A stretch of 64,000 bases of DNA from Syntrophales bacterium (GTDB lineage Bacteria > Desulfobacterota > Syntrophia > Syntrophales > PHBD01). The stretch covers positions 4,448,001 through 4,512,000 of the forward strand of contig OY764159.1 of assembly GCA_963668175.1 (NCBI GenBank), in the 5' to 3' direction. Each line of letters opens with the position of its first letter. The stretch's first letter is position 1. Of this stretch, positions 49,176 through 59,272 are shown one piece after another. The position numbers and the translations under genes were made by a program. Below the pieces are notes generated by a model. The model worked only from the letters and a program-made list of their open reading frames with translations. It was not told the DNA's origin and made no database searches.

Positions 49176-50435
49176 CTAAAGCGCGTCCGGACCGGCAATC
49201 CTGCCCAGAACGGCCGATGCGGCGGCGACGGCCGGATTGGCCAAATAGACTTCGCTTCCGGGATGACCCATCCTGCCGACAAAGTTTCTGTTGGTGGTTG
49301 CCAAGGCCCGTTCGCCCTCGGCTAGGATCCCCATATGCCCGCCGAGACAGGCCCCGCAGGTGGGCGGACTGATGACAGCCCGGGCATCTAGAAAGATATC
49401 GAAAAGACCCTCGGCCATGGCCGCGCGGTATACTTCCGGAGTGGCGGGAACTACGAGCAGGCGGACGCTGCGGGCCGCTTTGCGGTTCTTCAATATGTCT
49501 GCGGCAATCCTCAGGTCTTCTATACGGCCGTTCGTGCATGACCCGATGTAAACCTGATCCACCTTGATGTTATCGATGGCGCTGATGCCCCGCGTATTGG
49601 AAGGCAGATGGGGAAAGGCCACCTGGGGTTCGATCGCGGTGACATCGATTTCGATGGTCCTGCTGTATACGGCATCCGGGTCGGAGGCATAGAACTCATA
49701 CTCCCGGCGGGCACGCCCCTGTACGTAGGAACGCGTGATCTCGTCCGGCGTAAAAATGCCGTTCTTGCCACCTGCCTCGATCGCCATGTTGGCCATCGTC
49801 ATGCGGTCGGCCATCGGCAGCTTTTCAATCGTATTCCCCGTGAACTCCATGGCCTTATAGAGCGCGCCGTCCACGCCGATCATGCCTATAAGATATAGAA
49901 TCAGGTCTTTGCCGTACACCCACCGGTTCAGGGAGCCGTTGAAGACGATCTTCATCGTCTCCGGTACCTTGAACCATAACTTGCCCGTCAGCATGACGGC
50001 CGCGAGATCCGTGCTGCCGACGCCCGTGGCGAACGCCCCTAGCGCCCCGTAGGTACATGTATGGCTGTCGGCGCCGATCACCAGATCTCCCGGGACGACG
50101 ATGCCCTGCTCGGGAAGAAGCGCGTGCTCCACGCCGCATTCCGCCCCTTCGTAATAGTGGACCAATCCCTGCTCATGCGCAAATTCCCGGAGCAACTTGC
50201 TCTGCTGGGCGGAACTGATGTCTTTATTCGGGGTAAAATGATCGGGAATCAACACCACCCGCTCACGGTCAAAGACCTTTCTGCCTCCGGCTTTTCTGAA
50301 CTCCGCAATCGCGATAGGCGCCGTCACATCGTTTCCCAAGGCGATGTCAATATCTGCATTGATGAGCATGCCGGGCTTAACTTCCGCGAGGCCCGCATGC
50401 CGGCAAAGGATCTTCTCCGTAATCGTCATTCCCAT
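49176..50435 (-). CDS. leuC: 3-isopropylmalate dehydratase large subunit
   Basis: [36 protein letters not shown]. Confidence 0.95.
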   Translation of the reverse strand: MGMTITEKILCRHAGLAEVKPGMLINADIDIALGNDVTAPIAIAEFRKAGGRKVFDRERVVLIPDHFTPNKDISSAQQSKLLREFAHEQGLVHYYEGAECGVEHALLPEQGIVVPGDLVIGADSHTCTYGALGAFATGVGSTDLAAVMLTGKLWFKVPETMKIVFNGSLNRWVYGKDLILYLIGMIGVDGALYKAMEFTGNTIEKLPMADRMTMANMAIEAGGKNGIFTPDEITRSYVQGRARREYEFYASDPDAVYSRTIEIDVTAIEPQVAFPHLPSNTRGISAIDNIKVDQVYIGSCTNGRIEDLRIAADILKNRKAARSVRLLVVPATPEVYRAAMAEGLFDIFLDARAVISPPTCGACLGGHMGILAEGERALATTNRNFVGRMGHPGSEVYLANPAVAAASAVLGRIAGPDAL

Positions 50436-50660
50436 GATTTACCACCCCGGACAAAATTTCCGTAAACCTTTACAACATAATAGGGCATAATTCAACGGCA
50501 AGGTTTAAATTTAAGGTGTAAGGATCGCCGCGAAGACGGTTTAGAGAAGCCTTATCACGCGGGAGATCGGGATAATGGTCCCCGCAAGTTTCGGGGAAAT
50601 GGAATATGACGGGGGTGGGCAGAAGGGATGAAGCTGAACGAACGGTGTATGCCCGCCACA

Positions 50661-50696
50661 GAAAATCACCTGAAAGCGTGCGCGCTTTCAGGTGAT
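50661..50696 (-). terminator. Intrinsic terminator of the zraP-like gene
   Basis: 14-bp stem ATCACCTGAAAGCG/CGCTTTCAGGTGAT with a U-rich tail on the minus strand. Confidence 0.8.
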
Positions 50697-50712
50697 CGTA
50701 AGAGGGTTTTGT

Positions 50713-51216
50713 CTACCAGTTGCCTCTGCCGCCCCACCCCGGACCTCTCGGTCCAACGGGGCCGGCGCCGTCACATCCAAATCCCGGACCGAATCCCCTT
50801 CCACGGAAGGCCTGTATCTTATCCTTCTGTTCCGGAGTCAGAAGCTTAAATATCGCCAGCCGGTAGCTGAGCATCTTATCCTGCATCTGGTCCCGCAGAT
50901 CACGAATCTCTTTATGAACGGCCGTTATTCTGTTTTCATCGGGGTTCTTTTGCAGCCAGAGCGACCTCAACTCACCCCGCTTGCTGAACATCTTCTCCTG
51001 AAGCGGCCGGATATCTTTCCATTGGGCCTCTCGCATTTCTCTTATTTTTTCCGTTTGTTCCGCACTCAAATTTAACGCTGCGGCACTGCCGTAATCGCCG
51101 TTATAACAGTAACCGCCTCCTCGCCCCCTTCCGTAACCGCCGTTGAAGGCCAGTGCCGAAGACGAAACGGCGGCAACCAACAGGACGGCCAGTAAAGTTA
51201 TCGATCCTTTTTTCAT
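50713..51216 (-). CDS. Spy/CpxP/ZraP-family periplasmic protein
   Basis: AAGGAG RBS, signal peptide, Gly-rich ends, LNLSAEQ…LLTPEQ (LTXXQ) motifs. Divergent from the two-component system. Confidence 0.87.
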   Translation of the reverse strand: MKKGSITLLAVLLVAAVSSSALAFNGGYGRGRGGGYCYNGDYGSAAALNLSAEQTEKIREMREAQWKDIRPLQEKMFSKRGELRSLWLQKNPDENRITAVHKEIRDLRDQMQDKMLSYRLAIFKLLTPEQKDKIQAFRGRGFGPGFGCDGAGPVGPRGPGWGGRGNW

Positions 51217-51255
51217 GTTTGCTGCTCCTTTCGACATGCTTTTTGCTTGTAATAG

Positions 51256-51271
51256 AGCAACGAGCATGCCA
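51256..51271 (-). promoter_or_regulatory. sigma54 promoter of the zraP-like gene
   Basis: TGGCATGCTCGTTGCT. Confidence 0.82.
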
Positions 51272-51367
51272 GACGCCGACAGACTATGCATCATATTGAT
51301 ATTATTAATATTCATTGCATTCGCCTTCGATAGAAACATAAATCAGCGTGAAATAGATGGTTAGCAA

Positions 51368-51415
51368 GTATCCAATTATGGTATCCAGATGAATACAAAG
51401 TATCCAGGCTGACAC
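51368..51415. promoter_or_regulatory. Putative ZraR-like binding sites
   Basis: GTATCCA occurs at 51368, 51381 and 51400, including the palindrome GTATCCAGATGAATAC, 100-145 bp from the sigma54 site. Confidence 0.5.
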
Positions 51416-53158
51416 ATGATGAAAGACTCTTCTCTGGGAAAACGTTTATTGCAGGGCATATCGCCGGGAATAATCGTCGGGGCGCTCGTCGTGCTTCTGC
51501 CTATCTTCATCTTCCTGGCCCTCGACAACATTAATAAACAGAAAGAACAGACGATCAGGCTTTTAACCGAAAAAGGCGCAGCCCTGATCCGCTCCTTTGA
51601 AGCGGGAGCCAGAACGGGAGCAGGAATGCATTGGGGGGTATTTCAGCTTCAGAAATTGCTCGTGGAAACAGCCCAGCAACCGGATATCGACTACCTGATC
51701 GTCACCGATGAACAAGGTCTCATCCTGGCGGACAGCGATCCCTCCATGGTGGGGGAGCGTCATGGCACGAACCTTAACCTTGTCCATATCGCCCAATCGA
51801 AGAGTGTCGCCTGGAGGCAGGTCCAGAATTCAGTGGGTGCCGACACCTTTGAAGTCTTCCGAGGATTCGCACCGACAGAAGACGGATTCAGCGGTTTCCG
51901 ACAGGAAGCAAGAAGCGGAAGAATAAAGCAAGAGGGAAAGAACGAACGCTATGTCATTTTCGTCGGACTCAACATGGAGAGCATAGAAACGGCAAGGGTC
52001 CAGGATATGCATCATACCATCTGGATGGCTGCGATCTTTCTCCTGGCCGGTTTCTTCGGGATCGCCGCTCTATTCCTCGCCCAGGGCTATCGAACGACCC
52101 GCGTCTCCCTCTCGAGGATACAGGCTTTCTCCGACAGTCTGGTGGAGAATATGCCCATAGGCATCATTGCCGTCGATGGCGACAACCGCATCGCCTCCTA
52201 CAACCAGGCGGCCGAAACGATCCTGGGATATCGGACCATGGATATCGTCGGCAGGAAAGCGGAGGATGTTCTGCCTGTTCCCTGCCAGGCCATTTTGGAG
52301 ACAATGAAATCGCAGGAAGCCGTCGTCGAAAAGGAGGTCGAATGCCCGACGCGGGACGGCAGAACAACGCCTCTGGAAATCCTCGGAACGCCACTGCGGG
52401 ACGATGACGGAAACCTGATTGCCCATGTGGTTCTGCTCAGGGATCTGACAGAGGTGATTTATCTTAAAAGAGAAGTCGCCAGAAGCCAGCGTCTGGCATC
52501 GCTGGGACGTCTCGCCGCTGGCGTTGCCCATGAAATCCGCAATCCTTTGAGTTCGATCAAAGGATTTGCCACCTATTTCCGGGAACGTTACCGGGACAAC
52601 GCCCAGGATGCCGGAACGGCGGAGATCATGATCCAGGAAGTGGAACGTCTGAATCGCGTCATCAGCCAGTTGCTGGAATTCGCAAGGCCGCTGCAGATGA
52701 CGCTACAGGATGTCTCCCTGCCTTCCATAGTCCGTCATACCCTGAAGATGATCGAAGGACAGGCGCGGGAACACAGGATCGACATCCGAACCGATCTGCC
52801 CGAAGACATGAAGCCTATCGCTGCCGATCCGGATAAATTAAAGCAGGTTTTTCTCAATCTATACTTAAACAGCATAACCGCCATGGAAAACGGCGGCACC
52901 CTGACCGTCTCGGCCGCACGGGAAGAACATCATACGGTCCGCGTCGATATAACCGATACGGGAAGAGGCATTCCGGCGGAAGACCTGGGGCGGATTTTCG
53001 ACCCCTATTTTACAACGAAGCCGACGGGAACCGGCCTGGGACTGGCCATCGTTTACAAGATCGTCGAGGCCCACGGCGGCGAAATCCGGGTAACCAGCGC
53101 CGTCGGCAGCGGAACGACCGTGTCGATCTATTTGCCGACCATGAAGAAAGACAGGTGA
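51416..53158 (+). CDS. ZraS-like sensor histidine kinase (2 TM, PAS, HisKA, HATPase)
   Basis: LIRSFEAGARTG, AAGVAHEIRNPLSSIKG, NLYLN, DTGRG, GTGLGL. Confidence 0.9.
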   Translation: MMKDSSLGKRLLQGISPGIIVGALVVLLPIFIFLALDNINKQKEQTIRLLTEKGAALIRSFEAGARTGAGMHWGVFQLQKLLVETAQQPDIDYLIVTDEQGLILADSDPSMVGERHGTNLNLVHIAQSKSVAWRQVQNSVGADTFEVFRGFAPTEDGFSGFRQEARSGRIKQEGKNERYVIFVGLNMESIETARVQDMHHTIWMAAIFLLAGFFGIAALFLAQGYRTTRVSLSRIQAFSDSLVENMPIGIIAVDGDNRIASYNQAAETILGYRTMDIVGRKAEDVLPVPCQAILETMKSQEAVVEKEVECPTRDGRTTPLEILGTPLRDDDGNLIAHVVLLRDLTEVIYLKREVARSQRLASLGRLAAGVAHEIRNPLSSIKGFATYFRERYRDNAQDAGTAEIMIQEVERLNRVISQLLEFARPLQMTLQDVSLPSIVRHTLKMIEGQAREHRIDIRTDLPEDMKPIAADPDKLKQVFLNLYLNSITAMENGGTLTVSAAREEHHTVRVDITDTGRGIPAEDLGRIFDPYFTTKPTGTGLGLAIVYKIVEAHGGEIRVTSAVGSGTTVSIYLPTMKKDR

Positions 53159-53159
53159 C

Positions 53160-54524
53160 ATGATGAAGACGAAGAATACCATACTGGTCGTCGATGACGA
53201 CCTGGCCCATCGCACGATGCTGCGGACGCTTGTTTCCGGGTGGGGCTACAGTGTCTCCGAGGCGGACGACGGAGAGAGCGCCATCGCGGCCGTCCGGGAG
53301 AAGCCTTACGACCTGATCCTCATGGATGTCCGCATGATCAAAGTGTCAGGACTCACGGCCCTTTCCGAAATCAAGGCCTTCAATCCGGCGATCCCCGTCA
53401 TTATCATGACGGCATACGCATCCGTGGAGACGGCGGTCGAAGCCCTGAAGAAAGGGGCCTACGACTATCTCACCAAACCCCTCGATTTTGACGAACTGCG
53501 CCTGACCATTGAAAGGGCGATGGAGCACACGCATCTCAGGGAAGAAAACCTGCTCCTCAAGGAGTCATTGGGCAGCCGGTTCGATCGCGGCAATCTTATC
53601 GGCCGCTCCGTCGCCATGACGAAACTCCTGGATACCGTGGCCATGGTCGCCCCCTCGGAGGCGACGGTGCTTATTGACGGCGAATCGGGGACCGGCAAGG
53701 AGATGATCGCCGGCGCCATCCACTTCAACAGCGCAAGAAAGAACAGTCCTTTCGTGAAAATAAATTGCGCAGCCATCACGGAAACCCTGCTCGAATCGGA
53801 ACTCTTCGGTCACGAAAAAGGGTCCTTCACGGGCGCCGACCGCCGTAAGGAAGGCAAATTCCGGCAGGCCGAAGGAGGAAGCATCTTCCTCGACGAGGTC
53901 AGCGAAATGTCCCTGCCCATGCAGGTGAAGTTGCTGCGCGTGCTGCAGGAACGCGAGATCACCCGCGTCGGCGGAGAGGAAGTCATCAAGGTTGACGTGC
54001 GTGTCATTGCGGCGACCAACCGGGACCTCATCAAAGATATGGAAAACGGACGATTCCGCGAGGACCTTTACTACCGGTTGAATGTCGTTACGCTTCATGT
54101 CCCGCCCCTCAGGGATCGCAGGGAGGATATACCTCTCCTTGCCCAGCATTTCCTGAAGGCCTTCGCGCAGAAGAACCGCAAAGAGATTCAAGGTTTCACG
54201 CCGCAGGCCATGGATCGTCTCTTGAAATACCCGTGGCCGGGCAATGTTCGCGAACTCATGAATGCCGTCGAGCGGGGCGTGGTTCTCGCCAGATCGGAAT
54301 ATCTCGATCTCGAAGAACTGCCCTTGATCCTTCGGGACCGGCAGGAAGAGAACCATTCGTTCGCGGCCGTCGATCTAGCCGAAGCGCCGCTGGACGCAGT
54401 AGAGAAGGCAACGATTTTGAAGACACTGGACGCGGCGGCGGGCAACAAAAGCGAAGCCGCCCGGCGTTTGGGCATCACCAGGCGGACCCTTCACAAGAAG
54501 CTGAAAAGTTACGGTATGATGTAA
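53160..54524 (+). CDS. ZraR/NtrC-like sigma54 response regulator
   Basis: REC domain (VVDDD, LMDVRM), GESGTGKE, GSFTGA, GNKSEAARRLGITRRTL. Confidence 0.93.
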   Translation: MMKTKNTILVVDDDLAHRTMLRTLVSGWGYSVSEADDGESAIAAVREKPYDLILMDVRMIKVSGLTALSEIKAFNPAIPVIIMTAYASVETAVEALKKGAYDYLTKPLDFDELRLTIERAMEHTHLREENLLLKESLGSRFDRGNLIGRSVAMTKLLDTVAMVAPSEATVLIDGESGTGKEMIAGAIHFNSARKNSPFVKINCAAITETLLESELFGHEKGSFTGADRRKEGKFRQAEGGSIFLDEVSEMSLPMQVKLLRVLQEREITRVGGEEVIKVDVRVIAATNRDLIKDMENGRFREDLYYRLNVVTLHVPPLRDRREDIPLLAQHFLKAFAQKNRKEIQGFTPQAMDRLLKYPWPGNVRELMNAVERGVVLARSEYLDLEELPLILRDRQEENHSFAAVDLAEAPLDAVEKATILKTLDAAAGNKSEAARRLGITRRTLHKKLKSYGMM

Positions 54525-54750
54525 CGGATTTCCGGCATCGTATTCCCTGTCGGGACGCCACAAACACATGCGGACGGAACCATAAGGCGAGCCGCCTCCC
54601 GGGCGTCATGGACGTACCGATGATCCGGAAAAATCTTTACATTATCACAAAATTATGGAAGCAATGGCGTCGCATTATATCCCGGAGTTTTCGGGATCCA
54701 GGCCATTTCTCCATCGATAGCCCTGGATATCACGGCATGGCGGTTCATTC

Positions 54751-55509
54751 ATGAAAACGGTCAAAGAAGGAAAAGAGCGATACCCGCTGGTGAGGGAAAT
54801 GAACGCTGCCCAGCAGACCGGCATGGTCCGCGAGGTGTTCTCCACGATACACGAGCGATACGATTTCCTGAACCACCTGTTCAGCATGAGGCGGGATATC
54901 GCCTGGAGGCGCTTTGCCGCCGGCAAGATGATCTTTTTCGATACCCGCCGTTACCTCGATGTGGCAACGGGAACGGGCGACCTGGCTGTCGAAGCGGCAT
55001 CACTCCACAAGAATATTAACGTTGTCGGCCTCGATTTCGTCCGCATCATGATGACGGTCGCTTCACGGAAACTTGAAGACCGCCGCCTTGCCGAGCGCGT
55101 CCACCTGGTCCAGGGAGATGCGCTGAATCTGCCTTTCTCCGATAATCACTTCGACGTGACGGGAATCGCCTTCGGCATCCGGAATATACCTGCCAGAGAG
55201 AAGGCGCTGAACGAGATGCAGCGCGTCACGGTCCCCGGCGGCCAGGTCATGGTTCTCGAAATGAACGCCCCGCAGAGCAAATGGATCAAAACGCTTTATT
55301 CCCGTTACCTGGTGCACATCCTTCCGTATTCCGCCCGCTTCTTTTCCCGCAACCCCGCCGCATACGCCTACCTGGCCGATTCCATCATCCACTTCCCTTC
55401 TCCCGAGGAATTTGTCCGTATCATGACCGGGACGGGACTTCAGGATGTCCGGAAGTACCACCTCTCCTGGGGAATCACGCATCTGTACATCGGCGTTAAA
55501 GCGCGATAG
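54751..55509 (+). CDS. ubiE: UbiE/MenG demethylmenaquinone methyltransferase
   Basis: YDFLNHLFS, LDVATGTGD, GDALNLPF, FGIRN, AYAYLADSI. Confidence 0.9.
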   Translation: MKTVKEGKERYPLVREMNAAQQTGMVREVFSTIHERYDFLNHLFSMRRDIAWRRFAAGKMIFFDTRRYLDVATGTGDLAVEAASLHKNINVVGLDFVRIMMTVASRKLEDRRLAERVHLVQGDALNLPFSDNHFDVTGIAFGIRNIPAREKALNEMQRVTVPGGQVMVLEMNAPQSKWIKTLYSRYLVHILPYSARFFSRNPAAYAYLADSIIHFPSPEEFVRIMTGTGLQDVRKYHLSWGITHLYIGVKAR

Positions 55510-55597
55510 GATGAGGAGCATGACTAGCGTTAACACTCATTGCTTTCATGCCACGCCCGATGCCGCTGGCAAACGGGGAAACACAAGATGAGCATAA

Positions 55598-55629
55598 TTG
55601 ACTCCTATTAACAAAAGTGATATTATAAT
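55598..55629 (+). promoter_or_regulatory. sigma70-like promoter
   Basis: TTGACT-17bp-TATTAT, with an overlapping TATAAT. Confidence 0.55.
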
Positions 55630-55755
55630 TATATATTGTCTATGATCGTTGCAGCATGGATGATGATAAAGTCGGGCCGATGGCGGGCAGTTCCTTTAAT
55701 ATGAATGATAACCATGAGTTCTGCAACCGGAATGACCGGATAAGGAGAGGTTATT

Positions 55756-57030
55756 ATGTTAACGGCAATACACATGATCATCATCGCAGCACTCGGCGGG
55801 CTTATTGTGTTTGTACTATCCCGCGTCGCCCGCAAGAGTGACCCCGGGACGAACGAAGAAACAACTGCTGGAGGAAAGAGAAGAAGCAGCCCCATCGTTT
55901 TTGCGGCCTTGACTATAGCATCCCTGGCTGCCGTTGCATTTGCCGTTTACAAATTCATGCCTTCGGACGCTTCCGCACCTTCGGCCCGGACGGCGCTGCA
56001 TCCGGGCCAAGGCACAATGCCCCCGCAGAACACTTATGTGTACATCCCGCCCCCTTCTAGCGACTTGGAAGGCAAACCCGTACCGCCGCCCCCGCCCCCC
56101 ACGGCACAAGAGACACAGACGATCAACGCCCTCTACCAGAAAATAGGACCTTCGGTGGTTTTTGTTATGACGAGTAAAACCAACAACCAACAGGGCTTTG
56201 GAAGCGGATTCTTCATCAATCATAAGGGAGACGTCATCACCAACCACCATGTTCTAAGGGATGCGAATTCAGCTAAAATCAGGACGGCCGGGGGCACAGA
56301 ATACGAAATCAGGAGCGTTCTCGCCGAGGACGTGGCCAACGATCTCGTCATGGTGTCGGTGAAGATCAACTCCGGGGAGGCTCGTCCTTTATCCGTGAGC
56401 GCCTCCCCCCCGTCGATCAGAGAAAGGGTAATCGTGGTGGGAAGTCCCGCTGGTCTGGAACAAACCGTGACGGACGGCATCGTCTCCGCATTGGGAAGAA
56501 CCTTCATGGGCGCGGGAAAATTCACTCAGATATCAGCTCCGATCTCTCCGGGTTCGAGCGGAAGCCCGGTCGTGAATATGAAAGGAGAAGTCATCGGTGT
56601 TGCCAGCGGCGCTTACGTCGGAAATAACGCCCAGAATATCAATTTTTGTTCCGCGGCCGAGAACATCACGGCCCTTTCCCCGGGAAACGGATATTCTCTG
56701 GGCAAGATGGATAAGCCGGCCTGGGCCGTTGCCGCTGAAAAAAGAAAGTCCGAAGAGGAAGACAGAATCCGGCAGCAACAGCAGCGTCAGAAGATGATCG
56801 CCGACATCCACAGCATGACCGACCAGGCTTACACCAAGGCAACGGCTGGCGACAACCAGACGGCCTACCAGCTTTACGAAAAATGCGTATCCCTCTGCCG
56901 CCAGATCGAAGACAACAGATGTATAGGCACCTATCTGCGCAATATGGGCATCATCCTCGAAAGGATGGGGAAGCGGGAAGAGGCGCAGCTATATTACATA
57001 AAAGCCTCCGAAGCCCTTGCAAAGAACTGA
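55756..57030 (+). CDS. Membrane-anchored trypsin-like serine protease with C-terminal TPR
   Basis: Two N-terminal TM helices, Pro-rich linker, GSGFF, TNHHV, NDL, ISPGSSGSP, then helical TPR-like repeats. Confidence 0.85.
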   Translation: MLTAIHMIIIAALGGLIVFVLSRVARKSDPGTNEETTAGGKRRSSPIVFAALTIASLAAVAFAVYKFMPSDASAPSARTALHPGQGTMPPQNTYVYIPPPSSDLEGKPVPPPPPPTAQETQTINALYQKIGPSVVFVMTSKTNNQQGFGSGFFINHKGDVITNHHVLRDANSAKIRTAGGTEYEIRSVLAEDVANDLVMVSVKINSGEARPLSVSASPPSIRERVIVVGSPAGLEQTVTDGIVSALGRTFMGAGKFTQISAPISPGSSGSPVVNMKGEVIGVASGAYVGNNAQNINFCSAAENITALSPGNGYSLGKMDKPAWAVAAEKRKSEEEDRIRQQQQRQKMIADIHSMTDQAYTKATAGDNQTAYQLYEKCVSLCRQIEDNRCIGTYLRNMGIILERMGKREEAQLYYIKASEALAKN

Positions 57031-57105
57031 AAGACGAGGTAAAGGCTGGTCGACAGCTATGTCAGTCGGGAATATATTTACAGCTTCACAGGACACAGAT
57101 ACCCT

Positions 57106-57528
57106 ATGGACAAGAAACCTTTGCACAAGAACTTCGAAATCGCTCGGTCGGTGCCGTTTTACGATCTGGATCCCATCCAGGTCGTCTGGCACGGCAACTA
57201 CCTCAACTACTTCGAGGATGCACGCGTAGCCCTTTTCAGCGAGAACGGCATCGACCTTTTCGATTTCTACAAGAAGAGCAGCATCATTTTCCCCATCACG
57301 AAAACCTCGACCAAACACATACAGCCTCTCCGCTACAGGGACGAATTCATCTGCAAAGCCACGATGGTCGATGCCCGGTTCAAGCTGGTCGTCGATTTTG
57401 AAATCAGGATGGCGTCGGACGGCAAGATCTGCACGCGAGGAAGGACGGAGCAGGTGGCGGTCAAAACCCCGGAGATGGAGATCCTTTTCGCCATTCCGGA
57501 TGAAATCCGCGTAGCGCTGGGATTCTGA
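57106..57528 (+). CDS. 4HBT/FcbC-family acyl-CoA/ACP thioesterase (ApeK-like)
   Basis: VPFYDLDPIQVVWHGNYLNYFEDAR, G.TEQVAV. Confidence 0.88.
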   Translation: MDKKPLHKNFEIARSVPFYDLDPIQVVWHGNYLNYFEDARVALFSENGIDLFDFYKKSSIIFPITKTSTKHIQPLRYRDEFICKATMVDARFKLVVDFEIRMASDGKICTRGRTEQVAVKTPEMEILFAIPDEIRVALGF

Positions 57529-57529
57529 C

Positions 57530-59239
57530 ATGCCGATGTTCGATCGGGCATTCATGGCAGGCACGGAAAGGGTGGCCGCCTGGGCGGACCTTCTGGACAG
57601 GGTCAATGTTTTCCCCGTTGCCGACGGCGATACGGGAAGAAATCTCGTCATCAGTCTCGCGCCGCTTCGCCGTCCGTTAGAAAACTCGAAGTCCGCCGCC
57701 CGGGACCTGCTTCTTGCGGCCCGCGGCAATTCAGGCAATATCGCCGCCCGTTTCTTCTCAAGCTTTATTGAAGTCGACTCCCTGGATAATCTCGCCCGCT
57801 ATGCCCGCAGAGGCCGTGAAGAGGCCTGGAAGGCGATTCACGATCCCAAACCCGGGACCATGCTGAGCCTTTTCGATGCCCTCGCCGACATCCTGCAGCC
57901 GATGAAGTTTCCTGCCGATATCGATTGGGTCCGGCATGTCGTGGACCATCTGGAAAAAATCGTCCGGACAACACCGGATTTCCAGCCGAAACTGAAGAGG
58001 GCCGGAGTCGTCGATGCCGGAGCGCTGGGGATGTTCATCTTCTTTGACGGTTTCTTCAACACCCTCATCGGAAAACCGGATGGTTTTCGCCCGATATCGT
58101 CGGCCTTTGAAGGAATGATCGAGATCAGCCCCTCCTTTCGGGAAGAGGCTGATTCCGGGTATTGCATCGATACCGTTCTTCAGGGATCGGTTTATTCCGG
58201 CGAAACGGTGCAGCGTCTCACGGCCATCGGCGACAGCATCACGGTCTCCGGCGACGGTCACCTTCTCAAGATCCACCTCCACACCCAAGATGAACAAGAC
58301 GCCCGCGAGAAGCTTGCTTCATTTGGGAAAGCAGTCCGGTGGTCTTGCGACGACCTAGGAGAACAGATCCGGACGTTCCGATCCGCCGGACCGAAGCAGG
58401 CCGTCCATCTCATGACCGATGCGGCCGGCTCGGTTACACGTCAGGACAGCCGCCGATACGGGTTCACTCTCTTGGACAGCTACATCGCCGTCGGCGACAG
58501 ATCCTTGCCCGAGACCCTCTTTCAGCCCGAAGAAGTCTACAGGGCCATGAAGGAAGGCACGAAGGTTTCAACGTCGCAGGCCTCCGTTTTTGAACGTCAT
58601 CAGTGCTATCAAGCGGTCCTCGATCTCTACCCCACGGTTCTTTACGTGTCCGTCGGTTCTGTTTTCACGGGCAATTATGAGACGGCGACGGCGTGGAAGA
58701 AACAGTACGATCTGAACGGCAGGTTCCATGTCATCGACTCGCAGTCCGCATCGGGACGGCTGGGACTCGCCTTTCTGGCCGTCGCCAAATATGCCGCGAA
58801 CGTCGGCGATGCCGGCGATATCGCCATGTATGCGGAAGCGGCCGTCCGGCAGTGCCGCGAGTACATCTTTCTCGACAGCCTGAAATATCTGGCGGCTGGA
58901 GGCAGGCTTTCAAAAACGGGCGCATTTTTCGGCGACCTGATGCACATGAAACCGGTTGTAAGCCCGACGGCGGAAGGCGCAAAAAAAATCGGCGTAACGA
59001 GAAACCAAGAGGATCAGATTCGATTTGCCATCGATAAGTTGACTGAAATCTCCCAGGGGCAAGAGATGATGATCATGCTCGAATTCAGCGATAACTATCC
59101 CTGGGTGCGGGATGAAGTCAGGCCCCTGATCGAACGCTGTTGCCCCGCATCGGAGATATTGATGCAGCCGCTGTCGCTGACGACGGGGGTCCATACGGGA
59201 CCGGGGACATGGGGCATTGCTTTTCTGCCAACGGTATGA
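57530..59239 (+). CDS. DAK2 (FakA-like)-DegV (FakB-like) fusion protein
   Basis: DAK2 part: NVFPVADGDTG.N, ARGNSG, GTML, VVDAGA, KIHLHT. DegV part: TD, STSQ, IDSQSAS, YLAAGGR, VHTGPG. Confidence 0.85.
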   Translation: MPMFDRAFMAGTERVAAWADLLDRVNVFPVADGDTGRNLVISLAPLRRPLENSKSAARDLLLAARGNSGNIAARFFSSFIEVDSLDNLARYARRGREEAWKAIHDPKPGTMLSLFDALADILQPMKFPADIDWVRHVVDHLEKIVRTTPDFQPKLKRAGVVDAGALGMFIFFDGFFNTLIGKPDGFRPISSAFEGMIEISPSFREEADSGYCIDTVLQGSVYSGETVQRLTAIGDSITVSGDGHLLKIHLHTQDEQDAREKLASFGKAVRWSCDDLGEQIRTFRSAGPKQAVHLMTDAAGSVTRQDSRRYGFTLLDSYIAVGDRSLPETLFQPEEVYRAMKEGTKVSTSQASVFERHQCYQAVLDLYPTVLYVSVGSVFTGNYETATAWKKQYDLNGRFHVIDSQSASGRLGLAFLAVAKYAANVGDAGDIAMYAEAAVRQCREYIFLDSLKYLAAGGRLSKTGAFFGDLMHMKPVVSPTAEGAKKIGVTRNQEDQIRFAIDKLTEISQGQEMMIMLEFSDNYPWVRDEVRPLIERCCPASEILMQPLSLTTGVHTGPGTWGIAFLPTV

Positions 59240-59272
59240 CGGGAGCCCCACGGCAAGGACAAAGAAATCGCG

